Source: a virus (Duplodnaviria; Caudoviricetes). From it: a stretch of DNA of 64,000 nucleotides. The first letter of the stretch is position 1, and each line of letters starts with the position of its first letter. Shown in pieces: positions 39,365-49,141 of the stretch. The position numbers and the translations under genes were made by a program. The notes beneath the pieces were generated by a model. That model saw only the letters and a program-made list of their open reading frames with translations, was not told the DNA's origin and searched no databases. Location: the IMG/VR virus record IMGVR_UViG_3300031998_000003, positions 64,001-128,000 of that record, one strand, 5' to 3'.

Positions 39365-40738
39365 CTAGAATTTTGAGCTCTTACCGTGAAGATCAGCCAA
39401 CAGCGTTTGGATATACAGTTGGTTCACAGTAATGATGAGCCGATATGTGTGAGCGTAATCAACGTTTTTGAATATCAATGTTCTGGTTTCCCAATCCATA
39501 TAATATCCTTCGTCGATTATCGTTCGGTTTTCACGGAGATGAACATTGATGAACAATTCAGGATTCATCTTGTTCTGCAGGTGGTAATCAAGAACCTCAT
39601 TCAATGTCTGTCCAAGACACGAATCGATATTGACCTCACGTTCGTCCCAATCGAGTTTGACAATTGGTTTTGCCCAGATCTTCCAGCCATACAATAGCGG
39701 AAAATCTTTCTCGTTGAAACAATCGGAGAATATCGGTATGGCGATTCCAGTCGACGGAGTCGTGACGTCCCTGAACGGTCCCGGATTCGGAACCGATAGA
39801 TCGAACATTCCGATGGTGTTGAACTCAACACTGATCGTGAATGTAATTGGGCAATCCGTCTCTGTCTGTCCCACCTTATTTACAGCGTCATAGCGCAGAT
39901 CATGAAACCTGCACAGAAGTGACGTCATGTAGTTTGCATAGAATCCATCACGATGTTTTCCAGATGAGAATCTGTACGAGATCGGATAGACACTATTCAT
40001 ATTGAGATAGTCAACAAACCTGGACACATCACCAGATTCTGTTTTGACAGGAATCTTAGCATACCTTGCAGTCTCATTCAAGAAACCGTCAGGAATGGCT
40101 AACTCCAATGCTGTGTCGATGTCGAATGGACGATTTTCATCCGTGGGAATCTTGTTGATCAGATAGGACGCCCAACGAATCTGTTCCGTAATAGAACGGA
40201 AAGCCAACACGAAATCGAAATACATGATAACGCGATTGATCTTTCCTCTCCATTCGATCCCATTCCGTTTGTCGAAGAATAACTTCTCCATCTCGGAGCG
40301 ATTCTGAAACCGGTTTGAAGTGGTCGACCAAAGCGTTGTCGCATATGATCCCGCGGCCAGGCGATTATCCAGACCGGACAGAGATACTCTAGGATTTACA
40401 ACACAGATTGGATACGGTTGTGTGCGGATTTGTTTTGGTGTATGTCGGAGTTGACGATGCGCAATCCTGGTGGAAGGTAGCGCAGTCTGGAACGTTTCCG
40501 ACGGGAATTGATCCAGGATGAACTGTAACATGACAGCTGTTACATTTCCAACGGTGTGAGCCATATCGGTTCCTGACTGACAAGCTAAGGATAATGTGTA
40601 TCCATGCTCTAAACCTCTACGGGAAAGTCCGTTGAATACGTAATTAATTCCTGGAGTTGTGATATTGCGATCGGTGATTCCCTCATTGAAGTTATTCTCA
40701 CCTACTCTGTTAGGGTGTTCATCATTATAATGTGTCAT
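39365..40738 (-). CDS. Probable virion structural protein
   Basis: Beta-rich ORF within structural cluster; start MTHYND after GAGGTG. Confidence 0.55.
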   Translation of the reverse strand: MTHYNDEHPNRVGENNFNEGITDRNITTPGINYVFNGLSRRGLEHGYTLSLACQSGTDMAHTVGNVTAVMLQFILDQFPSETFQTALPSTRIAHRQLRHTPKQIRTQPYPICVVNPRVSLSGLDNRLAAGSYATTLWSTTSNRFQNRSEMEKLFFDKRNGIEWRGKINRVIMYFDFVLAFRSITEQIRWASYLINKIPTDENRPFDIDTALELAIPDGFLNETARYAKIPVKTESGDVSRFVDYLNMNSVYPISYRFSSGKHRDGFYANYMTSLLCRFHDLRYDAVNKVGQTETDCPITFTISVEFNTIGMFDLSVPNPGPFRDVTTPSTGIAIPIFSDCFNEKDFPLLYGWKIWAKPIVKLDWDEREVNIDSCLGQTLNEVLDYHLQNKMNPELFINVHLRENRTIIDEGYYMDWETRTLIFKNVDYAHTYRLIITVNQLYIQTLLADLHGKSSKF

Positions 40739-41154
40739 CGCTGACACCTCACAATCAGAACTGCAAGAACAGTTGAGAATTTCTCGATATTGTAATATCG
40801 AATGAATGGAAAGTTGAATCGAGTAATCGTGGGACATCTATTCAGAATCATTAATGGGCGCCACATGTTTGTGGTGCCATATCTTTCATATGCACAGAGT
40901 TTTGGGTTCCGTGCATATTTCAGATCAAACTCTTCCAGAGTATACATGTCCGGATACGATTCGATGAGACGAAAATATTCAAGTGGAAGATATGACACAA
41001 CAGCTTCCCACGTGTGGGAATTGAGCACATCATCGACAAGCTTCTCTTCGTCAAGACTCAATTGAACCTTCGTTGAGATGTTCCCAAGTGTGAACAGATC
41101 TGACCTGATATACTTCAGCAGTGAGGGAACCAACGTCTTCTCATCAGAGGTCAT
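40735..41154 (-). CDS. Baseplate wedge-like (T4 gp53/LysM-like) protein
   Basis: NPKLCAYERYGTTNMWRPLMILN resembles the PDxxAxxxYGxxxxWxxIxxxN motif. Confidence 0.6.
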   Translation of the reverse strand: MTSDEKTLVPSLLKYIRSDLFTLGNISTKVQLSLDEEKLVDDVLNSHTWEAVVSYLPLEYFRLIESYPDMYTLEEFDLKYARNPKLCAYERYGTTNMWRPLMILNRCPTITRFNFPFIRYYNIEKFSTVLAVLIVRCQR

Positions 41155-41178
41155 TTGTCACACTCCTCTCAGAGAATG

Positions 41179-41460
41179 TCATCGAACAGAAACGTGCATG
41201 TGAAATACATCGTTGTCTTGACATTCAAGAATGCCTTCCAACTGTCCGTCACCAACAATCTTGTGTTCCTCATTGTCAATATGGATCGGAACATCAAATG
41301 CTTCGGTCATGACAATAGAACCAGACTGGAAGTCGGTAGATGCAAACACAGGAGAGATCACGGATACCGTATCACCCTCATGTAGCTCGCCTTCTGTTTT
41401 GATGATACATGTTGACGATTGTGGGATTGTGACACTCATTTTTCTACTAGATAGCATCAT
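41179..41460 (-). CDS. Small hypothetical protein
   Basis: ORF in structural cluster. Confidence 0.55.
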   Translation of the reverse strand: MMLSSRKMSVTIPQSSTCIIKTEGELHEGDTVSVISPVFASTDFQSGSIVMTEAFDVPIHIDNEEHKIVGDGQLEGILECQDNDVFHMHVSVR

Positions 41461-41481
41461 GAATGATCACCCCAGCAAATA

Positions 41482-42615
41482 TCAGTCGTCGAGATCAGCC
41501 GTTTCAGTTTCCTGAGTAGTATCAGTGGTCTGCTGAGTCTCTTCCTCTTCGGTTGCCTGCTCAGCATAAACAAAGACATCATCATGTGGATCCAGCTCAT
41601 AGGACTCAACACAGTACTCGGTAACACCCTTGGTATTTCCGGTAGCGATGTTTCCGAGAGCTGCAGCAGCATCAGAGAACACCTTCACGATTGTGGTAGC
41701 AGAAGCATTAACAGAAGCGCACCAGCCCTTCGCCTTATCGTTGATAGCTGCAAGCTTCTTCATGTCGCCGGCTTCCTTACAGAGTTTGCTGAGGTAAGCC
41801 TCAACATTCTTGCCGTTGGTAGAACCACCAGCAACAGCGCCGGAGATCTGGTTGACAACGTAGAGATATGTGATAATATCAGCAAGTTCGCTGACAGAAG
41901 CAGAAGAGGAAGCACCAGTGTCGCCACCGAAGTCGGTCTTTGCGAACATGGTTCCCTTCATGATCTTCTTGTAGAGACCTGTGATATCAGTTGCCGGTTC
42001 ACCGGTAACACCGTTGATGGAGAGCTGCTTCTTGACTGTCGGATCATTTGCAGCATCAGTCAGCTTGATACCGTAGACGATTGCAAGGCGTGCGATTGAG
42101 TTACCGTATGCCAGCATCAGATCGTGAGCCTTTCTTGCGGACGGGAATACACCCTTGACGAAAGAGATGGACTTGCCGACCTTGCCACCACCATATTGCT
42201 TAACCAAAGCCTGAGCCAGCGGTTTTGCAAAAGTGCCCGCAAAATCAGCACCAGCAGAAGATGCGGAAAGACCATTCTTTTTGCCGAGACCGATGATAAT
42301 AGCCATATCGCGATCAGTCGCGGTCTTGACCTTCTTTGCATTTGAAACAACGACACCGTAGAAGCCAGCGAGCTGCTTCGTCACAGAATCTGTTGCGAGT
42401 TCAGCAGCACCGGATGCAGCCTTCGTCGGAAGACCTTCTTCGGTAGCCGCTTCCTGAACGACGCGATCAGATGCTTCTTCAGCTTCAGCCAGTTTCAGAG
42501 CATACTCAAAGTAGGTACTAGCCACATTGACCTGCTCCGTTGCTTCAGTCGCGAAGACATCATGAATATTGACATCACCATAGTTGACGTCAGTTACGAG
42601 ATCATTGAAAAGCAT
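41482..42615 (-). CDS. Probable abundant internal head protein
   Basis: Acidic N- and C-terminal propeptide-like segments (VVQEAA, TTQET) around an Ala/Lys/Gly-rich core; strongly biased codons. Confidence 0.6.
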   Translation of the reverse strand: MLFNDLVTDVNYGDVNIHDVFATEATEQVNVASTYFEYALKLAEAEEASDRVVQEAATEEGLPTKAASGAAELATDSVTKQLAGFYGVVVSNAKKVKTATDRDMAIIIGLGKKNGLSASSAGADFAGTFAKPLAQALVKQYGGGKVGKSISFVKGVFPSARKAHDLMLAYGNSIARLAIVYGIKLTDAANDPTVKKQLSINGVTGEPATDITGLYKKIMKGTMFAKTDFGGDTGASSSASVSELADIITYLYVVNQISGAVAGGSTNGKNVEAYLSKLCKEAGDMKKLAAINDKAKGWCASVNASATTIVKVFSDAAAALGNIATGNTKGVTEYCVESYELDPHDDVFVYAEQATEEEETQQTTDTTQETETADLDD

Positions 42616-42712
42616 CGTAGTATTTCCTTTCTTGTTGTATTATTCACACGGAGATCATGATAAGAGCCCCCTAATACCACAAGCTCGTGTAAATTACAAT
42701 TTGGTTGGTGAC

Positions 42713-43072
42713 TTAAACAACGGGAGTATCAGCTTCCCGAAGTTTCGTCTTGTACGCGGTGATAAGTTGATTTGCTTGGTTCTTGTATTTGTTGATCAGT
42801 CGAGTCTTAATTCCGCGGTGTGACATACCAGCACGCACAAGCGCCTCGTAGTCTGGATCGCGCTCCTGTTGAGCAAGTGTCAATGCCACGATAGCAACGA
42901 CAATGTTATTGATGGTATCTTCCGTAAACTCAACGGTGTTCTTCACATCAAGTCCATTTGCTTTTGCAAGCTCCTGAAGCTTTTGATTTTGCTTCAGTTT
43001 TGTCATGACATCCCCAACACGAGAAAAAATAAGATCGTTTGTGCTGGAGCTCAGCTCCGACATAACCAACAC
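42713..43072 (-). CDS. Hypothetical protein (probable virion/assembly)
   Basis: SD AAGGAGG. Confidence 0.6.
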   Translation of the reverse strand: MLVMSELSSSTNDLIFSRVGDVMTKLKQNQKLQELAKANGLDVKNTVEFTEDTINNIVVAIVALTLAQQERDPDYEALVRAGMSHRGIKTRLINKYKNQANQLITAYKTKLREADTPVV

Positions 43073-43134
43073 CTCCTTTATGGGATATTATCATAACGTG
43101 TTTATATGGGTCCCAGAACGGGACCCATATACTA

Positions 43135-43428
43135 TTAGAAAGGATACTCGGAATCTTCCAATTCCGGAAAATGATTTAAATCAGGATCTGGTTTGATAAT
43201 CTCGTGTGCATTCATGATCAGATTCTGATACTGGCGATTTTTGAATTGAGTCGCATAATATTCTAGCTGCTGAAGAATCTTCTCTGTATCAGGATCATTC
43301 ACGAAGATATGCTTCCGATACATCTTTACGAGATTCATCAATCCGTCACCGTATTCTTTCAGATCTTCTTCATATATGGTAACATGTTGACGATACTCAA
43401 TTTCTCTTTTATTCGATAATATTTCCAT
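43135..43428 (-). CDS. Hypothetical protein
   Basis: SD GAAAGGAG; last gene of minus-strand block. Confidence 0.6.
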   Translation of the reverse strand: MEILSNKREIEYRQHVTIYEEDLKEYGDGLMNLVKMYRKHIFVNDPDTEKILQQLEYYATQFKNRQYQNLIMNAHEIIKPDPDLNHFPELEDSEYPF

Positions 43429-43517
43429 CTTATACTTCTCCTTTCAATGAACCATTTCTAAACAGTCGCTAGCTGTTGTTATTCATAATAATCATATATC
43501 GATTCAGGAGGTATATT

Positions 43518-44036
43518 ATGTTTATCAAAGAAGATCGTGATGATATCATTCAGAAGATCAATGCGAAACTGCCCAATGCATATCTGGTACCGATGTACGT
43601 GCGTAACTACAATGATACCTATCAGCTGGAAGAAATGGATGACATCACGAATTTCAATCCTGTTGGATTCCATGTTGGATTTGGTGTCAAGATCTCTATG
43701 TTCGAGAAAAAGAAGTTCCCCGCAAAACTGTTCGAGACCTTTGAATGTGTAACTGCATTCACCCAGCACTCTGATGAGGTCAATACAGATGTGAAGTATT
43801 ATGTATTTGAGACAGGGGATCCTGGACTCATTACACACAAGGTCAACGATCCAGTGGAAAGTGAGATCTTTTCTCAGATGTCATACTATTTTATTATGCT
43901 GAAAGATCATCTGATGAAACGGTATGAAGAACTCCGCCAAGCTAGACTCAGAGAACTGTTTGAAGGATACAAGATTCGTGATGATTCTGACACAGATGAT
44001 TCACTCTCTGATGATGACGATGAGTATTTTTCTTAA
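43518..44036 (+). CDS. Hypothetical protein with acidic tail
   Basis: Start MFIKED after AGGAGG. Confidence 0.65.
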   Translation: MFIKEDRDDIIQKINAKLPNAYLVPMYVRNYNDTYQLEEMDDITNFNPVGFHVGFGVKISMFEKKKFPAKLFETFECVTAFTQHSDEVNTDVKYYVFETGDPGLITHKVNDPVESEIFSQMSYYFIMLKDHLMKRYEELRQARLRELFEGYKIRDDSDTDDSLSDDDDEYFS

Positions 44037-44110
44037 TCATAATGATATATTATTGGGTTGACGTAGTCAAACCCACGAGTATAGTATTATAGATATACTG
44101 ATTAGGGAAA

Positions 44111-45049
44111 ATGAAAGAGGGTGATGAGTTGGATATTTTGGAATTCAAACGAAGATTACTTGATACAGGATTATTTAAGAAAGCTACAAATGGATGGTAT
44201 CGAACAAAGACATGTCCGTATTGTGGCGATACAAAAGAACACATGTATTTGTGTATCAATCCAGGTAGTCCGAATCCAATTGGATACCATTGTTTCAAAT
44301 GTCATAGCAAAGGACTATTGAAACAGGACTTTCTTGAGTATTACGGAATCAACATGAAAATCCCATATATAAAAGGACGCAATCGATTACAGCATGCTTC
44401 ACCGAATGAACTGATCGGTGAATTGATTGATCCAGATAAACATATGGGTGTCATTTTGATGTGTCAGGAATACTTCGAAAAGAGACTGGGTGTTATCCCG
44501 AGCATCCAAGATTTGAAAGCATTCCAATTAATCGGTGATCCTGAGTCATTCGTTCGATCATATATCGGAGGTGATGCTTGGGGATTAAAAGACCGGTTAT
44601 GGTTTATGATGAGCAATGGTGGAATGGCTGGACGAAGTATTGACGACAATGTATCTCTTCGTTGGAGAAAACGCACGCGTGAAGATATGAAGGGTGGCAT
44701 GTATAGTATCAAAGTTCCCATTGCTACAGACAAACCTATTGTTGTTTGTGTCTGTGAAGGCATATTGGATGCAATTGGTCTATATTATCACTGCGATATT
44801 CCGAACGCAGCATACATTGCATGCATGGGTTCCGACTATGTCAACGGTATCAAATATGCTATCGATATGGGAGTCTTCGGTGATTCTGTATCCGTCCATA
44901 TCTATAAAGATTCGGATGTGAATTTTGTGAAGATTCCAAAGAAGTATTCTCAATTGTTCAAGTCGGTTTCTGTTTATCGGAATTCAATGGCCAAGGATTT
45001 CGGTGTCAAAAAGGAACTGATTGAACTGGAGAAAACTCAAACAATTTAA
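44111..45049 (+). CDS. DNA primase (DnaG/T4 gp61-like)
   Basis: Zn ribbon CPYCGD...HCFKC; GRS; TOPRIM VCEGILDA and YKDSD. Confidence 0.88.
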   Translation: MKEGDELDILEFKRRLLDTGLFKKATNGWYRTKTCPYCGDTKEHMYLCINPGSPNPIGYHCFKCHSKGLLKQDFLEYYGINMKIPYIKGRNRLQHASPNELIGELIDPDKHMGVILMCQEYFEKRLGVIPSIQDLKAFQLIGDPESFVRSYIGGDAWGLKDRLWFMMSNGGMAGRSIDDNVSLRWRKRTREDMKGGMYSIKVPIATDKPIVVCVCEGILDAIGLYYHCDIPNAAYIACMGSDYVNGIKYAIDMGVFGDSVSVHIYKDSDVNFVKIPKKYSQLFKSVSVYRNSMAKDFGVKKELIELEKTQTI

Positions 45050-45054
45050 GGAGG

Positions 45055-45849
45055 ATGTATATGATTAATGATGAATGGGAAGCACTGCTGAGAGATCAGC
45101 GTGGACCGATATGCAATCATATGTTGGGATGCTATATTGGTAAAAAGATTCGTGAGCAGCGCGGAACGCTTGAGAAACATATCAAACAGCGTGACGACGT
45201 CGCATCACAGTTTGGTGATGAATACACTGATCGTCTGAATGATAAGATTAGAAGAACGATTTCCGAGATCGCGATGTTGAAAGCATTGGAATCTAGAGTT
45301 CGTGTGTTGGATGAATTCGTCACACATGAAATCATCGAAGGATTTCAATTGACCTTTATCGGTAATGGTGGAGGTATACTCAATGAGCCATGTCATGGAC
45401 TGCTGGCCAATGAATATTCATCCGCATTCTGGAGACCGTCAACCAAGGTTGAAAAGTATGTCCCGCGGTTTAAAGAGGAAGCGAAAAAGCCGGACGAACG
45501 CGGTGTGTACATTACAATCGCAAGAAACGACTGGAGTTATGCACGTGACTACACCGGGAGACTTGAAGTTGAATTCTGTTTCTCGGATGCGTCACGTTTC
45601 ACTTTGTTTGACGCTACGCTGAGTAAAAAGGGTTTTGAGTTCTCAGAGCGTGAAAATCCCACAGACTCGATTATGCCAATCAAGCGTGATGAGTATGAGA
45701 TCGCGTTGTTCCTCTATATGCGGAAAACTATCCATGAGAAACTCACGAAGTTCTTTGAGAACATCGCGGATGACTGGTGGACGGTTTCTGATGATGAGTT
45801 CTATCACTGCAAAGACGACGTCATGATTGAATACAATATCAAACTTTGA
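45055..45849 (+). CDS. Hypothetical protein
   Basis: 264-aa ORF in operon. Confidence 0.65.
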   Translation: MYMINDEWEALLRDQRGPICNHMLGCYIGKKIREQRGTLEKHIKQRDDVASQFGDEYTDRLNDKIRRTISEIAMLKALESRVRVLDEFVTHEIIEGFQLTFIGNGGGILNEPCHGLLANEYSSAFWRPSTKVEKYVPRFKEEAKKPDERGVYITIARNDWSYARDYTGRLEVEFCFSDASRFTLFDATLSKKGFEFSERENPTDSIMPIKRDEYEIALFLYMRKTIHEKLTKFFENIADDWWTVSDDEFYHCKDDVMIEYNIKL

Positions 45850-45862
45850 GGAGAGATTGTAT

Positions 45863-47116
45863 ATGTTGAGACCTGATAAAGAACACTACTACCTTGATCT
45901 GGCATTGGATGTCGCAAAACGTTCCACATGCCTTCGCCGGAAATATGGTGCGGTTATCGTAAAAGATGACCGCATCGTTTCTACCGGATATAATGGTGCA
46001 CCTCGTGGACGAGAGAACTGCTGCGATCGTGGTGTATGCCTGCGTGAAGAGCTAAAGGTTCCGTCTGGACAGAGATATGAATTGTGCCGTTCGGTTCATG
46101 CGGAAGCCAACGCAATCATCCATGCAAACTATACTGATATGATCGGTGGAACATTGTATCTTGCTGGATGTGACGCAATGTCCAATGTACCACTGCCGAT
46201 TTCAGAACCTTGCTCTATGTGCAAGCGAATGATCATCAACGCTCAAATCGAGCGTGTTGTATCATGGAACAATAACAAAGGTATCATATCTGAGATCATG
46301 GTAAAAGATTGGACCACTCCCGGCAATGATGACTCCATCATTCTCCCAGAACAGTTCAAGGAGATCAAACCTACACTGGATGTATATGCGGAAACATCCA
46401 ATACACAGAAGCTGCCCGATGTGATGAATGTGATGGAATCAAAAGATTTCGATCAGATTCGAAAAGAAGTAAATGATGAACGAGCTCTGGCACGGCTCAT
46501 TATAACAGAATATTCGATTGAAGGGTTTTCAGCAAATCTTGATGGATCGAGAGATCAGGAAACGCGAGCAGACATCTGCAAACTCTTTGACCGTCCCAGT
46601 AAGGATCTGAAGATCCAGGTGCAGCATTTTGAAGAAGCTCGTCATCTTGTCAATGCTATTATCAAAATGCATTTCATGTGCTATAAAGATAACTTCACAG
46701 ATGTTGATTTCGGAAAGTTCAGTCCGACAGTGAAAGAGGATATTCTCAGTATCATCGCAGAGAACCTTGCACGTTGTTCGGTTAAGGATATGAATGAGGT
46801 TCTATTCCATGAATTTGCTGAAAGTGTATCGAATAAAACTGCTCCGAAAAGTGACACCGATTTCCATCATGTCCTCAAATATGAGATGTTTGTCCACGAT
46901 ACCGAACGCTTCGGAGAACAAAAGTTACTGCTGTCAATTTCAGTGAAAAACGGCAATGATCATGTGACACTTATTATCGACGATGAGTTCGAGAAACGGT
47001 TACAACCGATCATTCGATTGTATTATGACCTGATCTTTCATGTCAATAATAAGTATGACAAACTCTTCAAGACAGATCGAACAATGTTCAGTTCAATTGT
47101 ATCATTACTGGGATAA
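45863..47116 (+). CDS. dCMP deaminase (ComEB-like) fused to unknown C-terminal domain
   Basis: RSTCLRRKYGAVIV, TGYNG, VHAEANAI, PCSMCKRMI. Confidence 0.9.
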   Translation: MLRPDKEHYYLDLALDVAKRSTCLRRKYGAVIVKDDRIVSTGYNGAPRGRENCCDRGVCLREELKVPSGQRYELCRSVHAEANAIIHANYTDMIGGTLYLAGCDAMSNVPLPISEPCSMCKRMIINAQIERVVSWNNNKGIISEIMVKDWTTPGNDDSIILPEQFKEIKPTLDVYAETSNTQKLPDVMNVMESKDFDQIRKEVNDERALARLIITEYSIEGFSANLDGSRDQETRADICKLFDRPSKDLKIQVQHFEEARHLVNAIIKMHFMCYKDNFTDVDFGKFSPTVKEDILSIIAENLARCSVKDMNEVLFHEFAESVSNKTAPKSDTDFHHVLKYEMFVHDTERFGEQKLLLSISVKNGNDHVTLIIDDEFEKRLQPIIRLYYDLIFHVNNKYDKLFKTDRTMFSSIVSLLG

Positions 47117-47119
47117 TGC

Positions 47120-47160
47120 GTGTGGGGCTTCGGCCCCACACTCTTACTTTATTTTTTATT
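47120..47160 (+). terminator. Intrinsic terminator
   Basis: GTGTGGGGC-TTCG-GCCCCACAC plus T-rich tail. Confidence 0.85.
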
Positions 47161-47166
47161 CAAATA

Positions 47167-47176
47167 TATATTATTA
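47167..47176 (+). promoter_or_regulatory. Putative early promoter TATATTATTA
   Basis: Recurring motif directly after a terminator. Confidence 0.6.
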
Positions 47177-47264
47177 ATATGGCATAGTGGAATATACAAA
47201 CACTATTGTTGAATGCCGAATGGTTCCTGCAGCCGATAAGTGCAGGAGAAACGGAGGAATCATT

Positions 47265-49079
47265 ATGACTATCGAAGAAATCAAAGCAAAACAGAGTGAG
47301 CTTATGATCAAACATGCAAAGCTCGGATGCGAAATTCTTGGAAAGGAGGTATGTGCTGAAATTTCTCAATGGAGAGATGCTGGTATTGAACTTTCACAGA
47401 ATATTTCTGACAGATCTCAGCAGCAGCTGATGTCGGTTATCAATGCTGATACGATTCTGAAGAACCTTTCAAGTATGGATGCATCCATTTTGGAAGGCGC
47501 TGTAGATCTTGATAAGGTTAGACAGAATGCAGATCAGCTGAAGAACAATATTGAGTCTGATCTCAACAATTGGGAACTCATTCTTCATGCACTTTTTGCG
47601 CTTTCATGTATCGATGAAAATGAGCCTGTTCAGAAGCCAGATCCTCAGCCAAAGCCGGCCAATGAATCGATCAATACCGATAAAAACGATTCACCGAAGG
47701 GTGATTTCATTGATCCAGAACTTGCCAAAGTTATATTGGATTCAATTGACAATATCGTTGATAATATGTCAAAAGGTAACGAGATGCCTGCTGGTTGGGA
47801 ATGGCTTGATGTTTATCATATTAACCCAAAGCTGCAGCGCAACAGATACATTGTCAACAATGAAACTGAAGAGGTTGTCGACACGGTGACCGGCTATCAA
47901 GTTGAGTCAAAGGTGTTCAAAGATGGCGAGAAGCTTCTCTTCAAAACAATCGACAGAAATGTTGTTTATGTCCGTAAAAGCCTGATATTTACGGCTAAAG
48001 AAACCGAAACAAAACCGAGCAAACCAGCTTGTTCACTTGTATCATCCAAGATGCTCGACTGGAATTCTCGCATAGATAAAACCCGATATCGTATCTATGC
48101 GGATGGACGTATCGAGGATACCAAAACAGATACATTTCTGAAACCGATTGATGGATGTTCCGTAGCACTTGAAACCGTCAACCGAGGTAAAGGCATGTGG
48201 TTAATCCACGAACTGGTATGGGCTGCTTTCCATCCAGAGGATCTTCCCAACATTCGGAAAACCGGGAATGTATACCGTATAAATGGCCGAGTTGATGATA
48301 ACAGACTGTCTAATCTGATCTTCAAAGTGAATGTGGTGTCTTCAACAATGACACACAACAAAATGAATACTCCAGCCGAAACAAAGACTGATGGTGATGA
48401 TACTTTGAAAGAAGTACCGAAAGCCACAAAACAGTCTATCGAAGAAAAGAAACCGAAAATTGAATATAGATGCATTGACTGGATTCCTGGGATCGACGGC
48501 TCGAGATATTCGATCACGAGAGATGGTACAGTCGTTGACAATCGGTATAGAGCCAAGCCAGTTGTGCCGAAAATGCTCAACGGCAAACGTGTTGTCAAGC
48601 TGCTCGGAAAACGAAACAAGACCGCGACTTACACAATTGCTGACTTGTTAAATCGTGCATTCCCGGATCAGCCACAGGCGGTTCGTTCGTCTGGTAAATT
48701 CCGGATCGAGGATGTCACTAGACCCCTTGACCGCAAAACAGTTGCGTCAAAAGAAACATCTGAACGGATGATTCCTGTTGATTGGATTGACGGTATTCCT
48801 TCGACAAAATATTTGGTTTCGGAACAGGGATATGTCTTCAATACCATCAGCGGAAAAAGAATCATCCCGAATGCATCCGGAACAATCAACATGTCGGATT
48901 CAATCAACAGAGGATCACGCAAATTACGGATCCATATGAAAATGGAATCACTGATCTGGAAGGCATTCCATGTGGAAGATCGTCGGCTTGAGAAAGTTTA
49001 CATCGATCATATTGATGGTGATGTAGCAAACTGTGCGATCGAAAATCTGCGCAAGAAAATTGTTGATAGAAAGAGCTGA
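47265..49079 (+). CDS. Protein with four NUMOD4-like repeats and two HNH-like modules
   Basis: Repeats such as IDWIPGIDGSRYSITRDG and VDWIDGIPSTKYLVSEQG; IHELVWAAF...INGRVDDNRLSNL; IDHIDGDVANCAIENL. Confidence 0.75.
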   Translation: MTIEEIKAKQSELMIKHAKLGCEILGKEVCAEISQWRDAGIELSQNISDRSQQQLMSVINADTILKNLSSMDASILEGAVDLDKVRQNADQLKNNIESDLNNWELILHALFALSCIDENEPVQKPDPQPKPANESINTDKNDSPKGDFIDPELAKVILDSIDNIVDNMSKGNEMPAGWEWLDVYHINPKLQRNRYIVNNETEEVVDTVTGYQVESKVFKDGEKLLFKTIDRNVVYVRKSLIFTAKETETKPSKPACSLVSSKMLDWNSRIDKTRYRIYADGRIEDTKTDTFLKPIDGCSVALETVNRGKGMWLIHELVWAAFHPEDLPNIRKTGNVYRINGRVDDNRLSNLIFKVNVVSSTMTHNKMNTPAETKTDGDDTLKEVPKATKQSIEEKKPKIEYRCIDWIPGIDGSRYSITRDGTVVDNRYRAKPVVPKMLNGKRVVKLLGKRNKTATYTIADLLNRAFPDQPQAVRSSGKFRIEDVTRPLDRKTVASKETSERMIPVDWIDGIPSTKYLVSEQGYVFNTISGKRIIPNASGTINMSDSINRGSRKLRIHMKMESLIWKAFHVEDRRLEKVYIDHIDGDVANCAIENLRKKIVDRKS

Positions 49080-49089
49080 CGTTTCATCT

Positions 49090-49121
49090 GAGAACCCCGC
49101 GTAAACGGGGTTCTCTTTCTT
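49090..49121 (+). terminator. Intrinsic terminator
   Basis: GAGAACCCCG-CGTAAA-CGGGGTTCTC-TTTCTT. Confidence 0.75.
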
Positions 49122-49141
49122 TAAATTTAAGGAGGATAAAT

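Noticed and set aside
43440-43500. Replication origin at the strand switch (AACAG-TCGCTAG-CTGTT inverted repeat)
   Set aside because: Short divergent promoter region with no iterons or other support
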